NCBI GenBank assembly: GCA_028534125.1
Contig: CM052818.1
Coordinates: 15,378,001 to 15,442,000 of the forward strand
Source of the DNA: Lama glama
Taxonomy: Eukaryota
Length of the DNA stretch: 64,000 nt
Reading direction: 5' to 3'
Positions 1 through 12,122 of the stretch are shown one piece after another; positions within the stretch are counted from its first letter, which is position 1, and the number at the start of each line of letters is the position of its first letter. A model generated the notes under the pieces. That model saw nothing but the letters and a program-made list of their open reading frames with translations. It made no database searches and was not told the origin of the DNA. A program made the translations under genes and the position numbers.

Positions 1-422
1 TCGACTCGGTGGGGCCTTCTCAGCCACCCAGGTCCAGGAGTCTAGCACATCACAGCTCCGATTTTATAATTTTTGGGGTCATCTGTCCTTTGTGGACCTC
101 CCCTGCTCCTAGATTTGCATTTGCGATATGCACTGGATCTCCTTAATTACACAGTCAGCCCTGAGTGTACGTGATGAGATAATGAGAATTGGAATTATGA
201 TGTCATCTAAGTGTGCCTTTAAATATGTACATTTGCCTGGCCTTCCAAAGGGGGTGGGCTTACTTGCCTTACTACTGGAATTTCCCCACACTCTCACCTT
301 GGTTGTTAACATTATGATTTTTAAAAATTTGGCCACTCTTATGGTTGACAGATGGTCTCCCATTGTTTTACATTACCCTGCTAATTAGCAAAGTTGACTA
401 CCTTTTCGTATATTGTTTTGCA

Positions 423-473
423 TTAATCTTTTCATACAATTAACCTTTTCATATGGTTAATCTTTTCATATAA
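423..473. repeat. 17-bp tandem repeat x3
   Basis: ttaatcttttcatacaa / ttaaccttttcatatgg / ttaatcttttcatataa. Confidence 0.85.
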
Positions 474-574
474 TTGACAATTTGCATTTCCTTTTGCTGA
501 ATATTTTATGTTTAAGCCTTTGCTTCTTTTGTCTTTTTGACCTGTGTAGTTGTCTGTATATATTTTTTGCATAT

Positions 575-752
575 ATACTTAATATTTGCCAGACACTATT
601 CTACACTATTCTACACAGTCTACATATATTAACTCGTTTAATCTTTGCAGCAATCCTGCAAAGTAGTTTACTTTTATTAGCCTCATTTTACAGATCCAAA
701 AAATTGTTTGGCCCTGAGAGGCTAAGTACTCTGAGGGAGGTGACCTAGCTTG
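575..752 (-). mobile_element. MIR SINE
   Basis: Reverse MIR core 'tttaatctttgcagcaatcctgcaaagtag...cctcattttacagat...ctgagaggctaagta'. Confidence 0.75.
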
Positions 753-2135
753 CGATTCCTTGTTTCAGCCGTTGTGAATACTGTCTCCCTATTTTTTGGT
801 TTGTATTCTGCCTTTATTTATAGTGTCTTTTGTTTCATGGAAAATTTGAGATTTGGTCTTAAAAAAATTTATCAAACTTTTAAAATGACTTATTCAAAGA
901 GACCTTTCTTAATCTCAAGTTTGTATACATTTACTCTTAGATTTTAAGACAGAGTAATAAAATTCTGTTTTTATTGAGATTTTAAATTTGATTTGTGTGT
1001 GTGTGTGTAAAAAATTTTACTTTAAAAATGAATGGCTAGTTTTTCCAATAGTTCGTCTTTTTTGAATAGCCTATGTTTTATCCATTGATTTAAATGACAC
1101 CCATGCCATACTCTAGATTCATGCATATTCTTGGTTTATTTGGAGTTCTTTTTTTCCTTTTAGCTTTACATTCTGAGTTATTATAACTTATGATATGCTT
1201 GCATATGTGGTAGGTATTTGCCATTGATTTTTCTTCTCCAAAATTGTCTTGCATATTATTGTGGATTTAGTTTTCTTCACCATGAAGTTTAATCAGTTGA
1301 TCAGGTTTGGTGAAAAGTCCAGTTGTGGACTCTATGTGGATTGCTTTGAAATTAACATTGTTTGGAGACTATTGACATCTTTATTTTAATGAGCATGGTA
1401 TATCACTGTATTTATTCAAGTATTTTTTAACACCTAGAAAATATATTTTAGAGGGTTTTTTTTGAAAGTGAAGATCTTGCATGTATTTGTATAGTCTTAG
1501 TCCTATCTAAGTATTTCCTAGTAGTTGCTATGGTAAATGGCATTTTTTTTTTCAATTCCATTTTCTAATTCATTATAGGTGGCATGTAGGAAAACTATTG
1601 GATTCTTTGTTTGCTGCTCTTGTGTCTGACCATCTTTTTTTTTTTTAACTTCAATTAATTTTTAAGCTGATTATCTTTTTACTAGATCTTCAACTAGTGT
1701 TGCTATCCAGGTCTTCCTTTTTAATGATTTGCCCTGATTTCCACTGAAAGGCAGCAAACCCTTCTAAACTTTGTATCAGTAGAATTGCCTCTCAGGGACT
1801 TCATGGTCAACCTGCCTGACCTTACCCTCAAACTAATTCCAAATGTACTTCACTCAGTGGCTAGGTTTGTCAGTGCACTAATATGATGAAAGTAATTCAA
1901 TTCCCAAATTACGTTTTGAAATACTTAGTGCATCCTGCCAAAAGATACTTGAAATAACAGGTGTTTTCTATGGCTCTTGACAATTTACAGTGGCCAAATG
2001 TTTCTATTTAAATTTTGTTTACTTGGGCTCAAAAACAGGGCCTAGTTTTGGGCAAGGGGGAAAAAAACTTTTAAAATGCTTCAAAAATATTTATATGAAG
2101 TTAAGTTACCTCTTTTGATGACTTGGCTCTGGGAA

Positions 2136-2349
2136 TAGGGTTGCCTAATAAAATACAGGATGCCTAGTTAAATTTGAATATCAGATAAACAACAAATAAC
2201 TTTTTAGTATATGTCTTATGCAATATTTAAGACACATTTATTCCATGCCATATTTGGGATATACTTACACTAAAAATTATTTGTTGTTTATCTGAATTTA
2301 AATTTAACTGGGTGTCTCGTATTTTTCTTTGCTACACCTGGTGACTCTG
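2136..2349. mobile_element. MER53 palindromic hAT non-autonomous DNA transposon, full length
   Basis: Starts TAGGGTTGCC, ends CTGGTGACTCTG. Long inverted arms (agttaaatttgaatatcagataaacaacaaataa / ttatttgttgtttatctgaatttaaatttaact). Perfect 8-bp TSD TCTGGGAA at 2128-2135 and 2350-2357. Confidence 0.92.
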
Positions 2350-2704
2350 TCTGGGAAAGCATTGTGAGCAGACATAGCTGTTGCAGTACGCACCAATGTG
2401 ACCATCTGTTCTGATAAAATAAGTACTAGGAAACAGAAGAAAGTCACTTATAGACAAAAAGACTTTGAAGACTTTATTCGCTTACCTCAGTCAGGTTCTC
2501 TCTTCAGCTTAAGCCTCTATCAGGAAAGTGGCCAGACAATCATGTGATGTTACATAGAAATTATTCTAAGATCTTGCCACTTTTTGAGTCCCATGTTTGG
2601 ATTAGTTTCATTACAGTTTTAATATAGATAACTGAAGTAATGCAAACCCAGGGGTCAGGGCCCTGAATTTTTATGGTGTCTAAGAGACTTTATAACTATG
2701 TGAC

Positions 2705-3062
2705 TATAGCAGGCATTAGATTAGGATTGCTCACGAATACACTGGTTCTCTCCGTCCTAGGTATATGATGGGATTGCGCCTTCCAACCCCCAAAGACTTA
2801 TGACTTGCTTTGGTTAATAAGATATGATTGGAAACTTTAAAAGCCAAAGCTTTATTTGCTATGTCTATACCCCTGCCACAATGATTTTGGAAAGGTGTTA
2901 AGATGGAAACTCAGGTAATGTGATTCTCTGAGTGACCATCATGAACAAAGCTGACCCTTCAGGCCAACACAGAATATGTAGTATGAATGAGAAAAAGTTT
3001 AAAACAGCAGTTCTAAGGATGTTTGTTACTGCAGTGTAACATAGCCCACGGTGACAAATGTA
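2705..3062 (+). mobile_element. ERVL-MaLR LTR (old MLT1 subfamily)
   Basis: 'ttatgacttgctttgg' motif and 3' end 'tgtttgttactgcagtgtaacatagcc...', typical of old MLT1 LTRs. Confidence 0.7.
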
Positions 3063-3560
3063 TGTGGCATTGGCTTATTGGTTGGGTGCTGGCTGGCAGA
3101 AAACTTATTAGAGACTGGAAAAATGGTAAACTATCTTCTGTGGTAATTTGGAAAGGAGTTAATGTACTTAATCTGTATCTGTAAAAGAAGAGGTAGAAAA
3201 TAGATTGTTAGTAATGTGTGTGTTGCTGTTTATTATGACAAGGTCATTCAAGAAAGGTGAATCCATATAAGAATTGGCCAATTTATAAGCAGGAATAAAA
3301 GTAATAGAGTCCACAAGTTCAAAGAATTGTAGGGTTGGAAGAGGCCACTTTCTCCCAATATCAAGGATTAAAAAATAAAATTGGGAAAGATTTTGGTTAA
3401 GACAAGCTGATTAAACTCAAATGTGTGGCCATTACATGTATTGTTAAATCCTCTGAATGGATAAAATACTCCTTTAATGTCCAACTAAGGGTATGGCACC
3501 AAATAAATCTTTCTATTAGACAGAGTCATTCAGGAATAAAAGACTAATGTGAACAGAGAC
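3063..3560 (+). mobile_element. MLT1 internal region fragment
   Basis: Directly follows the LTR with 'tgtggcattggctt...gagactggaaaaatgg', resembling the start of MLT1-int. Confidence 0.55.
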
Positions 3561-3629
3561 CCCCTCCTAACCTTTGTTGTACTTACAGTAAGTCAAAAAA
3601 AAAAAAAAACCATTATTTTTTTCTAAGTC

Positions 3630-3750
3630 GCAGAGTTCCTGGGCTTCCAAGACTGAGATGTTAACTCTAACGTATCTTTTTCTTCTTCTGTAAAACAGGA
3701 TTAATGATACTTGCCCTGTGTACTCCACAGGAGAACTGTGGGAATCATAG
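3630..3750 (+). mobile_element. MIR fragment
   Basis: Core 'ttcttctgtaaaacaggattaatgatacttgccctg'. Confidence 0.55.
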
Positions 3751-5380
3751 ATTTGTTCATTAGCATACATTTATTGAACATCTTCCACATGCTAAGCTTG
3801 TGATAAGCTTTAGAAAACCAAACCTGATCTTTTCTTAAAGAGTCAGAAAATTTAAAATACTGTATGCTCATTAAGCACGATGGGCTTTGGCTCACAAAGG
3901 AAGCTCGGCTCTCCGAGTGTTAGCAAGAAAGCTGTCAAAGAAGAGTTCCTAGAGGAGAGATAAAGTGCACTAAATCTTGAAGACTGCTTGAGAGTGATGT
4001 CTAAGCAGAGGCCATAGCAAGAATGATGGGAGAAGGTGCAAAATCAGTTACCAGTAAGTGCTTGTGGGGTAGTGGTCCTGGTTATGGTCGGAGGGGTAGG
4101 GAGAAGACAGATCATTAGTCTCTTTTGTGCTAAGTCAAGAAATTAGACCTTTATTAATCATCAACTAATTTTGAATATGGAGAGAAGCAATAAAAATTGC
4201 CTTTTTAGAAATACCACTGTGACAACAATAGATGATAGTTTGGAGGGGCAGAAGGTACTGGGTAGAAGTACACTGAGGTCATACAGGGGAAATAATGCAG
4301 TGGCAATGCGAATGGAGAGAAGGGTAAATATTTGAGAGAGATGTAGAAAATTTTTAGGAGCTATTATGATTTGGGTACTGATTGACTCAGATCTCTGGTG
4401 TAAGTGAGGGGTGGATGAGAGATGGTGATTGTATTTACTGAAGGTGAAATATAAGAAAGGGGAAATTTTGAGGGAAACATATAGTGTGTTCAGTGTTGTC
4501 CATGTAGAGTTTGCTATTCGTGTTGTACAAGAAGAAAAACTTCATAAACAATTGGTTTTATAGGATTTGCTCCTGGACCCAAGGTCTGAGGAAGAAATGT
4601 AGATACCAGAGTCATTATCATCAAAGAAATAGATGAAATCTGGTTTTCTCAAGATAATCTGGAGAGGGATAAGGGCAGAGGGCCTGGGGTGAAGCCACAG
4701 GGAACATAAATATTTAATCACGTGTGACAGCTGCCTTTTATTGAGTACCTGCCATGACCGAGACACTGTATAAAGAGATTTACATGCATTAGTTTATTAG
4801 AGAGCCATGAAAACAACCAGGAAGGTGTGACCCAGATGTAGGAAGAAATTTGAATGAGAAGCATATACTAGAAGCCAAGGGAGAAAAGATTTTCAAACAA
4901 AACTCACTGGGTGAAGGATTATGTGGTGGAAGCTTCTGAATATTGTGGAGACATCAAGGAAGGTAACATTTAATGGTTGAGGCAACATCAGTGAACATGG
5001 CAGTGGAAGACAATAGTGAGTTGAGTAGGAACTAGAGAGAACAGATGGAGATGTTGGATAGAAGCTGCTTTGCAGAAAGACTTGTGGCCAGGGATGACCT
5101 GTGATTTGGGGGTTGTGTGAAGAATGTTTTGTTTTATTTTGTTTTGACTTTTAATGGGAAAGGTGTGATGATGTTTAGAGGCTAATTAAATAGAATCAGT
5201 AGGGTAAAAAGCAAAGAGACAGAAAAAGATGGTTGAAATGGGGAGAATGGGTCCACGCAGCATGTGGAAGATTAGTTTAGATAGAAGAAAGGGTACTTCT
5301 ACTGAGAAAAGAGAGAAGGAATTAAGAAAGTTTCATAGTCAGGCAAGTTTGCAGGGAAAGAAGGGAAAGTTAAAGTATTT
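3751..5380 (-). mobile_element. L2 LINE (antisense), with a short MIR-like piece near 4725-4800
   Basis: Begins with a reversed L2 3' end 'ttcattagcatacatttattgaacatc', then purine-rich L2-like body ('catgtagagtttgc', 'tagaagccaagggagaaaag'). Confidence 0.7.
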
Positions 5381-5794
5381 CTCCTACAGCCATAAAAACA
5401 TGTTGAGAGAGGCAAAGTACTATGCATATATAAATTAAACTTTTAAAGGATGGATAATATGAACATTTTTTCAGGTTACTTAATAGAGTTAAAGTAAGCA
5501 AGTCTTAAAAACTTGTCTTTATCTCTAGAAAGGATGACCAGATTTGGCTTTTTATTTTTAGTCTGTACCAAGGATTTTGCTTGATTGGCTAGAGGACAGT
5601 CATTTTGGTATGAACTTGGTTATATTCAAGAGGAACTGCATTGCCATTTATGCTACAGGTTGAAATGAAATTAAGAGAAATTTTGAAAGAGTAGACCCTG
5701 TAAATCCCCTCTGGAAAGGGAAGTGACCCCCATGTCTCTCATTCTGTCTGCCCTGGACCCTTTCATGTTGACCTAATGCTTGACACAAAATCAG

Positions 5795-6158
5795 TGCCTT
5801 AGTCAGTTCCAGCTGCCGTAACAAGATACCACAGTGTGGATGGCTTAAATGGCAGACGTTAATGTCTTAGAGTTCTGGAGGCTGGGAAGTCTGAGGTGTG
5901 TGTATGGTTTGGTTCTGTACTTAGCTTGCATATGGCCACCTCCTTGCTGTGTTTTCACATGGCAGAGGGGCAGGGAGAGAGTTCTCTGGTTGGTCTCTTC
6001 TTGTAAGAGCACAGATCTCATCATGAGGACCCCACCCTCACGACCTCATACAAACCTGATTACCTCCCAAAGGCTCCATCTTCAAACTACCATTGCATTA
6101 GGGTTTGGGATTTCAACATACAGATTTTGAGGGGACTCAAAACATCTAGTCTATAATA
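5795..6158 (-). mobile_element. ERVL-MaLR solo LTR (MLT1A-type)
   Basis: 'cttagtcagttccagctgccgtaacaagataccaca...gttctggaggctgggaagtc...ttacctcccaaaggctccatct...atttcaacatacagattttgagggga'. Confidence 0.85.
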
Positions 6159-6954
6159 CCTTGTGATCCTGGAAGACTTATTTCCCTTAGAATAACCATC
6201 GTTCATTCCTTTTATTTTTATATTTTTCAGTTAAATCAGAACCTTGCGGATCTGTTTTACTCAAAAGGGTTCAGGTGGTTTTACACTTTAAAAAAATTAC
6301 TGTAGTTTATTTGCTAAATCCATATGAAAACTCATTTGTTTTGTAAAATCACCAAATCTCCTTTCTTTGACTTACAAAAAAGGCATAAAATACACACTTG
6401 TGCATGCTTGCAGAACACATGACACATAACATAATAAACATACACCTTTTTAACCCCTAAGACTTCTGAGTCTGCCTCCTGCTTTTTAGGCAGTTTTCGT
6501 TGTTGTTGATAAAATTCTTGCCATGCACTCACAGGGAGTTTTATTTTGTTCAGGCAGACTTTCCTAAAGTCAGAAGCAGGGGCTTTAGTGGATACTGCTT
6601 GCCTGTTATTTCTTTAGAAAAAGCTGTTTTCCAGTCTGCTGTTGGGTATCAGAACAGCGTTCTAAATAGATGAATTATTGAAATGTTTGGGGGTGACAAA
6701 GGAATAGAAAAAGGTTTCCCACAGAGGCTGGGTTGACATTAGGGAGAGCAGTGCTTCGGGCTACCTAGTGACAGACAAGGTGGTTCCAAATGAGGGATGT
6801 TTTCCAAGCTTATTGCTAGCAAATCCGTAACATCTGAGTGATCAGTGATGAGTGTGCTCATGCCTTGAGATGACAAGGCATCGAGACGATGGCAGCTGAA
6901 AATCTGATCATGCTGTTTGATAGAAAAGGCCATGTTGGGAGAGGATTTTGAGCT

Positions 6955-7029
6955 GTTTTTCCCTTTCCTCCCTCTCTTCTCTTTTCCTTTTTTCCTTCCG
7001 TCCTCCCTCCCTCCAGTCCTTCCTTCCTT
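6955..7029. repeat. Polypyrimidine low-complexity tract
   Basis: About 70 nt composed almost entirely of C/T. Confidence 0.8.
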
Positions 7030-7769
7030 GAGATTTCTTCAATTGAGCTGTTTATTGTGCCAATATGATGCAAATACTTCAAGAATATATCTCATTTAGG
7101 TCCCCAACAATGCTAGGAGGTAAGTCATATTATGTGCATTTTAGAATTGATAAGATCAAACAGTGAGTTCAAGTTACTTTGGAATGGTTTATGTGGTAAA
7201 TACCATTTTTTTCTGTTTTCTGTATGAAATCCACAGTTAATCTAGGATTAATTAATTAATTAACTAGTGTTCTATAGAAGTGGGTTTTTGGGAGGTGGCT
7301 TGAAAAGGAGTTTGAGAACATTGCTGAAATCTAGGTTATACGTTGAACAGACATCTAACCCAGTGTGAGAGGGTCAGGTACTGCTTCCTGGAAGAGGTAC
7401 AATTTGAACAGACTTGGAAGAACAGGAGTCAGCAAAGCATGTGGGTAGGAAACAGGGTGTATCAGGGAGAGAGGAGCATATATCAAGGCTGAGAGTCAAG
7501 AGCACCTACAGCATATTTGAGGAACTGTTAGATGTTCACTTTTGCTACATGAAGGTCATACATAATAAAGAATATTACATAGGACTTTGTTTCAGTTTCT
7601 TTTTTTTCTCTTCTTTACTTAATTGTGGGTCTTATTAGGGTTATACTGACAATAAACTCTTCTGAATATGCACAGAAGATGTGGAATATAACAAAGCAGC
7701 TGTTTCTGGAAAAAAAAAGTGATTGTGAAGGGAGACATTCAGGTATCATTACCTATTTTAAATCAAAGT

Positions 7770-9572
7770 GAAAACATACAGTATTTGTCTTTCTCTGTCT
7801 GACTGACTTCGCTAAGCATCATACCCTCCAGGTCCGTCCATGTTGTCACAAATGGCAAGAATTCATTCCTTTTAATGGCTGAGTAATAGTACATTGAATA
7901 TATATATATCACATTTTTTTAATCCATTCATCTGTTGATGGGCACTTATGTTGCTTCTGTATCTCGGTGTTTTTAGGATTCTGTATATGGTATCATGTGA
8001 TCTATAAATAGTGACAGTCATACTTTCCTTCCAGTTTGGATGTCTTTATTATTGCATTGTTAGGACTTGTCAAATACTAGGTTAAATCGAATTGGTGAAA
8101 GTGGACATTCTTGTCTTGTTCTGACTCTTAGAGGAAAAGCTTTCAGCTTTTCACCATTGAGTATGATGTTAGCTGTGGGTTTACCATACATGGCCTTTAT
8201 TATGTTGATGTATTTTCCTTTTATATCAACTTTGTTGGAAGTTTTAATCATGAAGAGTTACTGCTTTTGTCAAATGCTTTTTCTGTATCTATTAAGATGG
8301 TCATGATTTTAATCCTTCGTTTTTTAATGTGGTGTGTCATGTTGATTTGCAGATACTGATTTGCCTTTTATCTATGGAATAACCCTCTTGATTATGATGT
8401 ATGATTCTTTTAATGCATTATTGAATTCAATTTGCTAACATTTTTTTGAGAATTTCTGCATCTGTGTTCACCAGGGATATTGGCCTGTAATTTTCTTTTT
8501 CTGTAGTGTCTTTGGCTTTGGTATTAGGGTAATGCTAACATCACAGAGTGAGTTTGGAAGTGATTCCTCCTCTTCAACTTTTTGGAATAGTTTGGAAAGG
8601 ATAGGTGTTAACTCTTCCTTGAATGTTTTGTACAGATTCACCCATGAAGCCATCTGATCCTGACTTGTTTGTTGGGAATTTTTTTGATTATTGATTCAAT
8701 TTCAGTTGATCAGATTTTCTATTTCTTGTTGATTTAGTCTTGGAAGATTTTATGTTTCAAGGGATTTACCATTTCTTTAGGTTGTCCAGTTTGATGGTGT
8801 ATAACACTTCATAGTATTTTCTTAAAATTGTGTTTCCCTGGTATCAATTGTAGCTTCTTTTATTTCTAATTTTATTTATTTGGGTTCCCTCTATTTTTTC
8901 TTCATGAATCTGGATAAAGATTTATCAATTCTACTTAAAATTTCAAAAAAAAATCCCAGCTTTTAGTTTTACTGATTTTTTTTTCTATTTACTTTTTTTT
9001 TTCATTTATTTCTATTCTGATACTTATTTTCCCTTCCTTTTCCTAACTTTGGGCTTTGTTCTTCATTTTCTAATTCCTCTAGGTGTCCAGTTAGCTTGTT
9101 TATTTGAGGTTTTTCTTGTTTCTTGAGGTAGGCGTATAATGCTATAAACTTCACTCTTAGAACTGCTTTTGCTGTTCTAAGCATAGATTTCATAGTTATG
9201 TTTCTGTTTTCATTAATCTCAAGGTATTTTTTGATCTCCTCATTGACCTATTGGTTTTTTAGTAGTGTGTTGTTTAGTTTCCACAAGTTTGTGTTTTTAC
9301 AGTTTTCCTGTAATTTTTTAATTTCATAATGTTGTGGTAGGAAAAGTTACTTCGTATGATTTCAATCTTCTAAAATTTCTTGGTACTTGTATTGTGGCCT
9401 AGCATGTGATCTATCATAAAGATGTTTCAGGTGCACTTGAAAAGAGTGTTTATTCTGCTATTTTTGGATGGAATGTTCTGTAGATACTATTCGGCCCATC
9501 TGGTCTAACGTGTCATTTAAGGCCAGTGTTTCTTGATTTTCTTTCTGGATAATCTATCCACTGATGTAGGGG
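7770..9572 (-). mobile_element. L1 ORF2 remnant (endonuclease, linker and RT, joined to C-terminus/3' part), decayed
   Basis: ORF-track peptides match L1 ORF2p: '[30 protein letters not shown]' (8060-8251), 'YKTFKEELTPILSKLFQKVEEE..LPNS...SITLIPKP' (8468-8653), 'TAKAVLRVKFIALYAYLKKQE' (9002-9193). RT motif FADD decayed to FIDH at 7997-8008. Many frameshifts and stops. Confidence 0.95.
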
Positions 9573-9967
9573 ATCCAAATGATTTTAAAGTGGTGTACAG
9601 TTAAATTAGGGCACCTTGTTAAAACTTCAGCTAACTAGTGCATATACAATATTATGCTATCTATGCTAAATTATTTTAAAGTAAATTACAGGAATTGTAA
9701 AGCCAACCTAGTAATATATCATACAGTTGGGTCATATTAGAAAATCCTTTCAACAGTTAATCTTGGCACCATCTAGGTTAATTCTTTTGAAATGAAGTAG
9801 ATATCTATTAAGATTAGTTAGACTCCTCAGCTATTTCAAGACAATGCCAGCCATGCTTCAGCTGGCAAGTATTTTGAAGTCTTTGGACCTTTAGACAACT
9901 GGAGGTATTTAATAGCTTTTCAAGGGAACACAAAACCAATCCTATCATTGTTGTATGAACTAATTTA

Positions 9968-10262
9968 TAATGTAGAGGCTAGTAGCACCAACCCTGGAGT
10001 TTGACTCCCTGAATGTAATTTTGGGGCCATCCTCCCACTGAGTAACCTTGGACAAGTCACTTCTTTTCCATAGTTTTGTCATCTGAAAATTAGAGATAAT
10101 GGTGAGGATTTAAATGAATTAATATGTGGTAAGAATGAATGCGTTAATTTACTGAAAGGGCTTAGAATAAATAATTCTTGGCATATAGTGTGTGATATCC
10201 ACGTGTTAGCTATTATTATCATTGTTATTATCATTGTTATTAACATCATCATCATTGTCATC
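9968..10262 (+). mobile_element. MIR with (ATT/ATC)n tail
   Basis: 'gtaaccttggacaagtcactt...gtcatctgaaaattagagataatggtgaggatttaaatga...tgttagctattattatc'. Confidence 0.8.
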
Positions 10263-12122
10263 TCAAAGATTTTTTTAACATCCAGTTGAACAAAACAATA
10301 TTGAGGGAGGATTGTGTGAAAGATTTAAACTCTACCTGTTCTTCTAGATATTCTCAACTCTACGCAGTTGATCAAATCAAATCTACAGAGAGCTGGAATT
10401 TTAAACCCTATATTGATAATGCTTGTTGTTTTAGTCAGGGAAATTAATACAGTCAAGTTTTATTTCTTCCTTATGTCATGTCATCCCCTTGGAGATACTC
10501 CTCTGAGCTAAGGATTAGATTCTTTCCATTGTGTGGCACTGCCATCTTAAATATGGGCCTTCAGGGTCATTGTTGAAGAAAGCAAAGAGATGTTATGCTC
10601 AGGCCTTGATAGAGGGTGCATTGCTGTGCATTGACCAGAATCTAGTCACATGGCTAGGAAATGCAGTTTCTATGTGTGCAGGAAGTAACGGTGAGGTTGA
10701 GGAACTCTCTGTTACACATGGTCCTGCAGACTCAATTTTTACAAGGCTCTCATCAACTCAGTGTAAGAAACAGTTCAGTGCCACATTACCTAATTTATGT
10801 TTTTTTTTTTTACATAGGTGCTATGGAGTAGTGTCCTCTGCATGTTAATCCCCATTGTAGTACTGGGCCTGATCTTAGTTTAAGAATAGTTGTGCTTCTT
10901 ATAGGAAAATTGTTAGTATTTTTCTTATGGAAACTAAACAGAGACCAGATTTCTTTTTTCAAGTTGGCAGAGTGCTAGAAAGTTTAGAGCCAAATTTGTT
11001 GCCCATCTGGAGCAAACACACCCCTTGCTCAGTTTTATGCCCCATAAACTTGGTTTTCTTATATTGTTTCTTTCACAACTACTTCACATTATTTTTTGTT
11101 GTATTTTATAAATCCTTATAAATCACAATAAATATTTTTGGGGGAGTAACAAGGTGGTGCATAAGTAAATAGGTAAATGAACTTCTTTATATAAACATCT
11201 ATCTCATGGACAGTTATCCCTGAGCTCATTAATTGACAAAGATTCTCTTTCTTAAACCCCTTGAGAAGTAAGACACTCTCATCAGTAACAATGGCTCAAT
11301 CTGGTAACGATTCTCAACTCAAGAGGTAGGGATAGACTATTTCAGAAGGTTTATCAGAATGTTTAGGGAGGGAGGGAGGAGGAATTAATTTATCCTCCTA
11401 CACACAAACCTCAATATCACTGGTACAGACATATTTAAATGGTAATGTTCTCCTTCACTGCAATAATGTAGCTCTATCCTTCCTTCATAGTCTCACAAAA
11501 TGTTTTATATTCATCTCATATGTAAATCATCTTCTCAGAGTATCAGGTTACCTTACGGTAGTTCATGTTCCAAATGTTGAACTCAAGAGCTGCTCATGAG
11601 CTAAGGTAGGTATCTTCTTGGCCAGAGAGAAGCCAAGTGCAAGCCTGCTATGGACAGTGTCTTTCTTCTGAGAAAACCATGGATTGTTTGAATTAACCTT
11701 TCCTTAACATCACTTCTCATTACCCTAAGAAGGTTTTATTTCCTTCTCTTTGCTCCCTCCCCACCCCCACGCCCCTGGGAAAACAGCTTCATACTGTCCA
11801 GGGAAAGGCAAAGTGCCAGAGAGGGGGTGTACATTGAAAGGCAAGCACTTTTTAAGAAACTGTCTTGCCTTTCTTACAAAACTGTATGTTTGGTGAATTT
11901 GAATTAGAAATTGAAGACTACCTGGCTTAGCTAATGCAGTTACGCAGAATTCACAAGTAGAGAGAGGACATAGGTTGACCTTCAAGGTAAAACAGACCAA
12001 CCTGGGTAAAAGATAACATGATGACTAGTTCACTTTGTGCCCGGAACCCACCAGCTGAGACTTTACTCATTTTTGTGGTTGGTCAGTCCTGCTTTCTTAC
12101 AGGCCTCTTGTAAATCAGATGA

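Larger units (their letters stand above)
340..1640 (-). mobile_element. Old L1 (L1M-type) ORF2/3' fragments, antisense, interrupted by a MIR
   Basis: T-rich text resembling antisense L1 ORF2, e.g. 'gagactattgacatct...gagcatggtatatcactgtatttattcaag' and 'ttgctatggtaaatggcattt...taggaaaactattgg'. Confidence 0.65.

Noticed and set aside
423..473. Short tandem repeats as a CRISPR-like array (also 18249-18288 and 56090-56130)
   Set aside because: Only 2-3 adjacent units, no unique spacers, eukaryotic context; these look like slippage duplications.
8060..9193. ORFs with reverse-transcriptase/endonuclease similarity as a functional gene
   Set aside because: Fragmented L1 ORF2 with frameshifts, an internal deletion and loss of the FADD catalytic motif.
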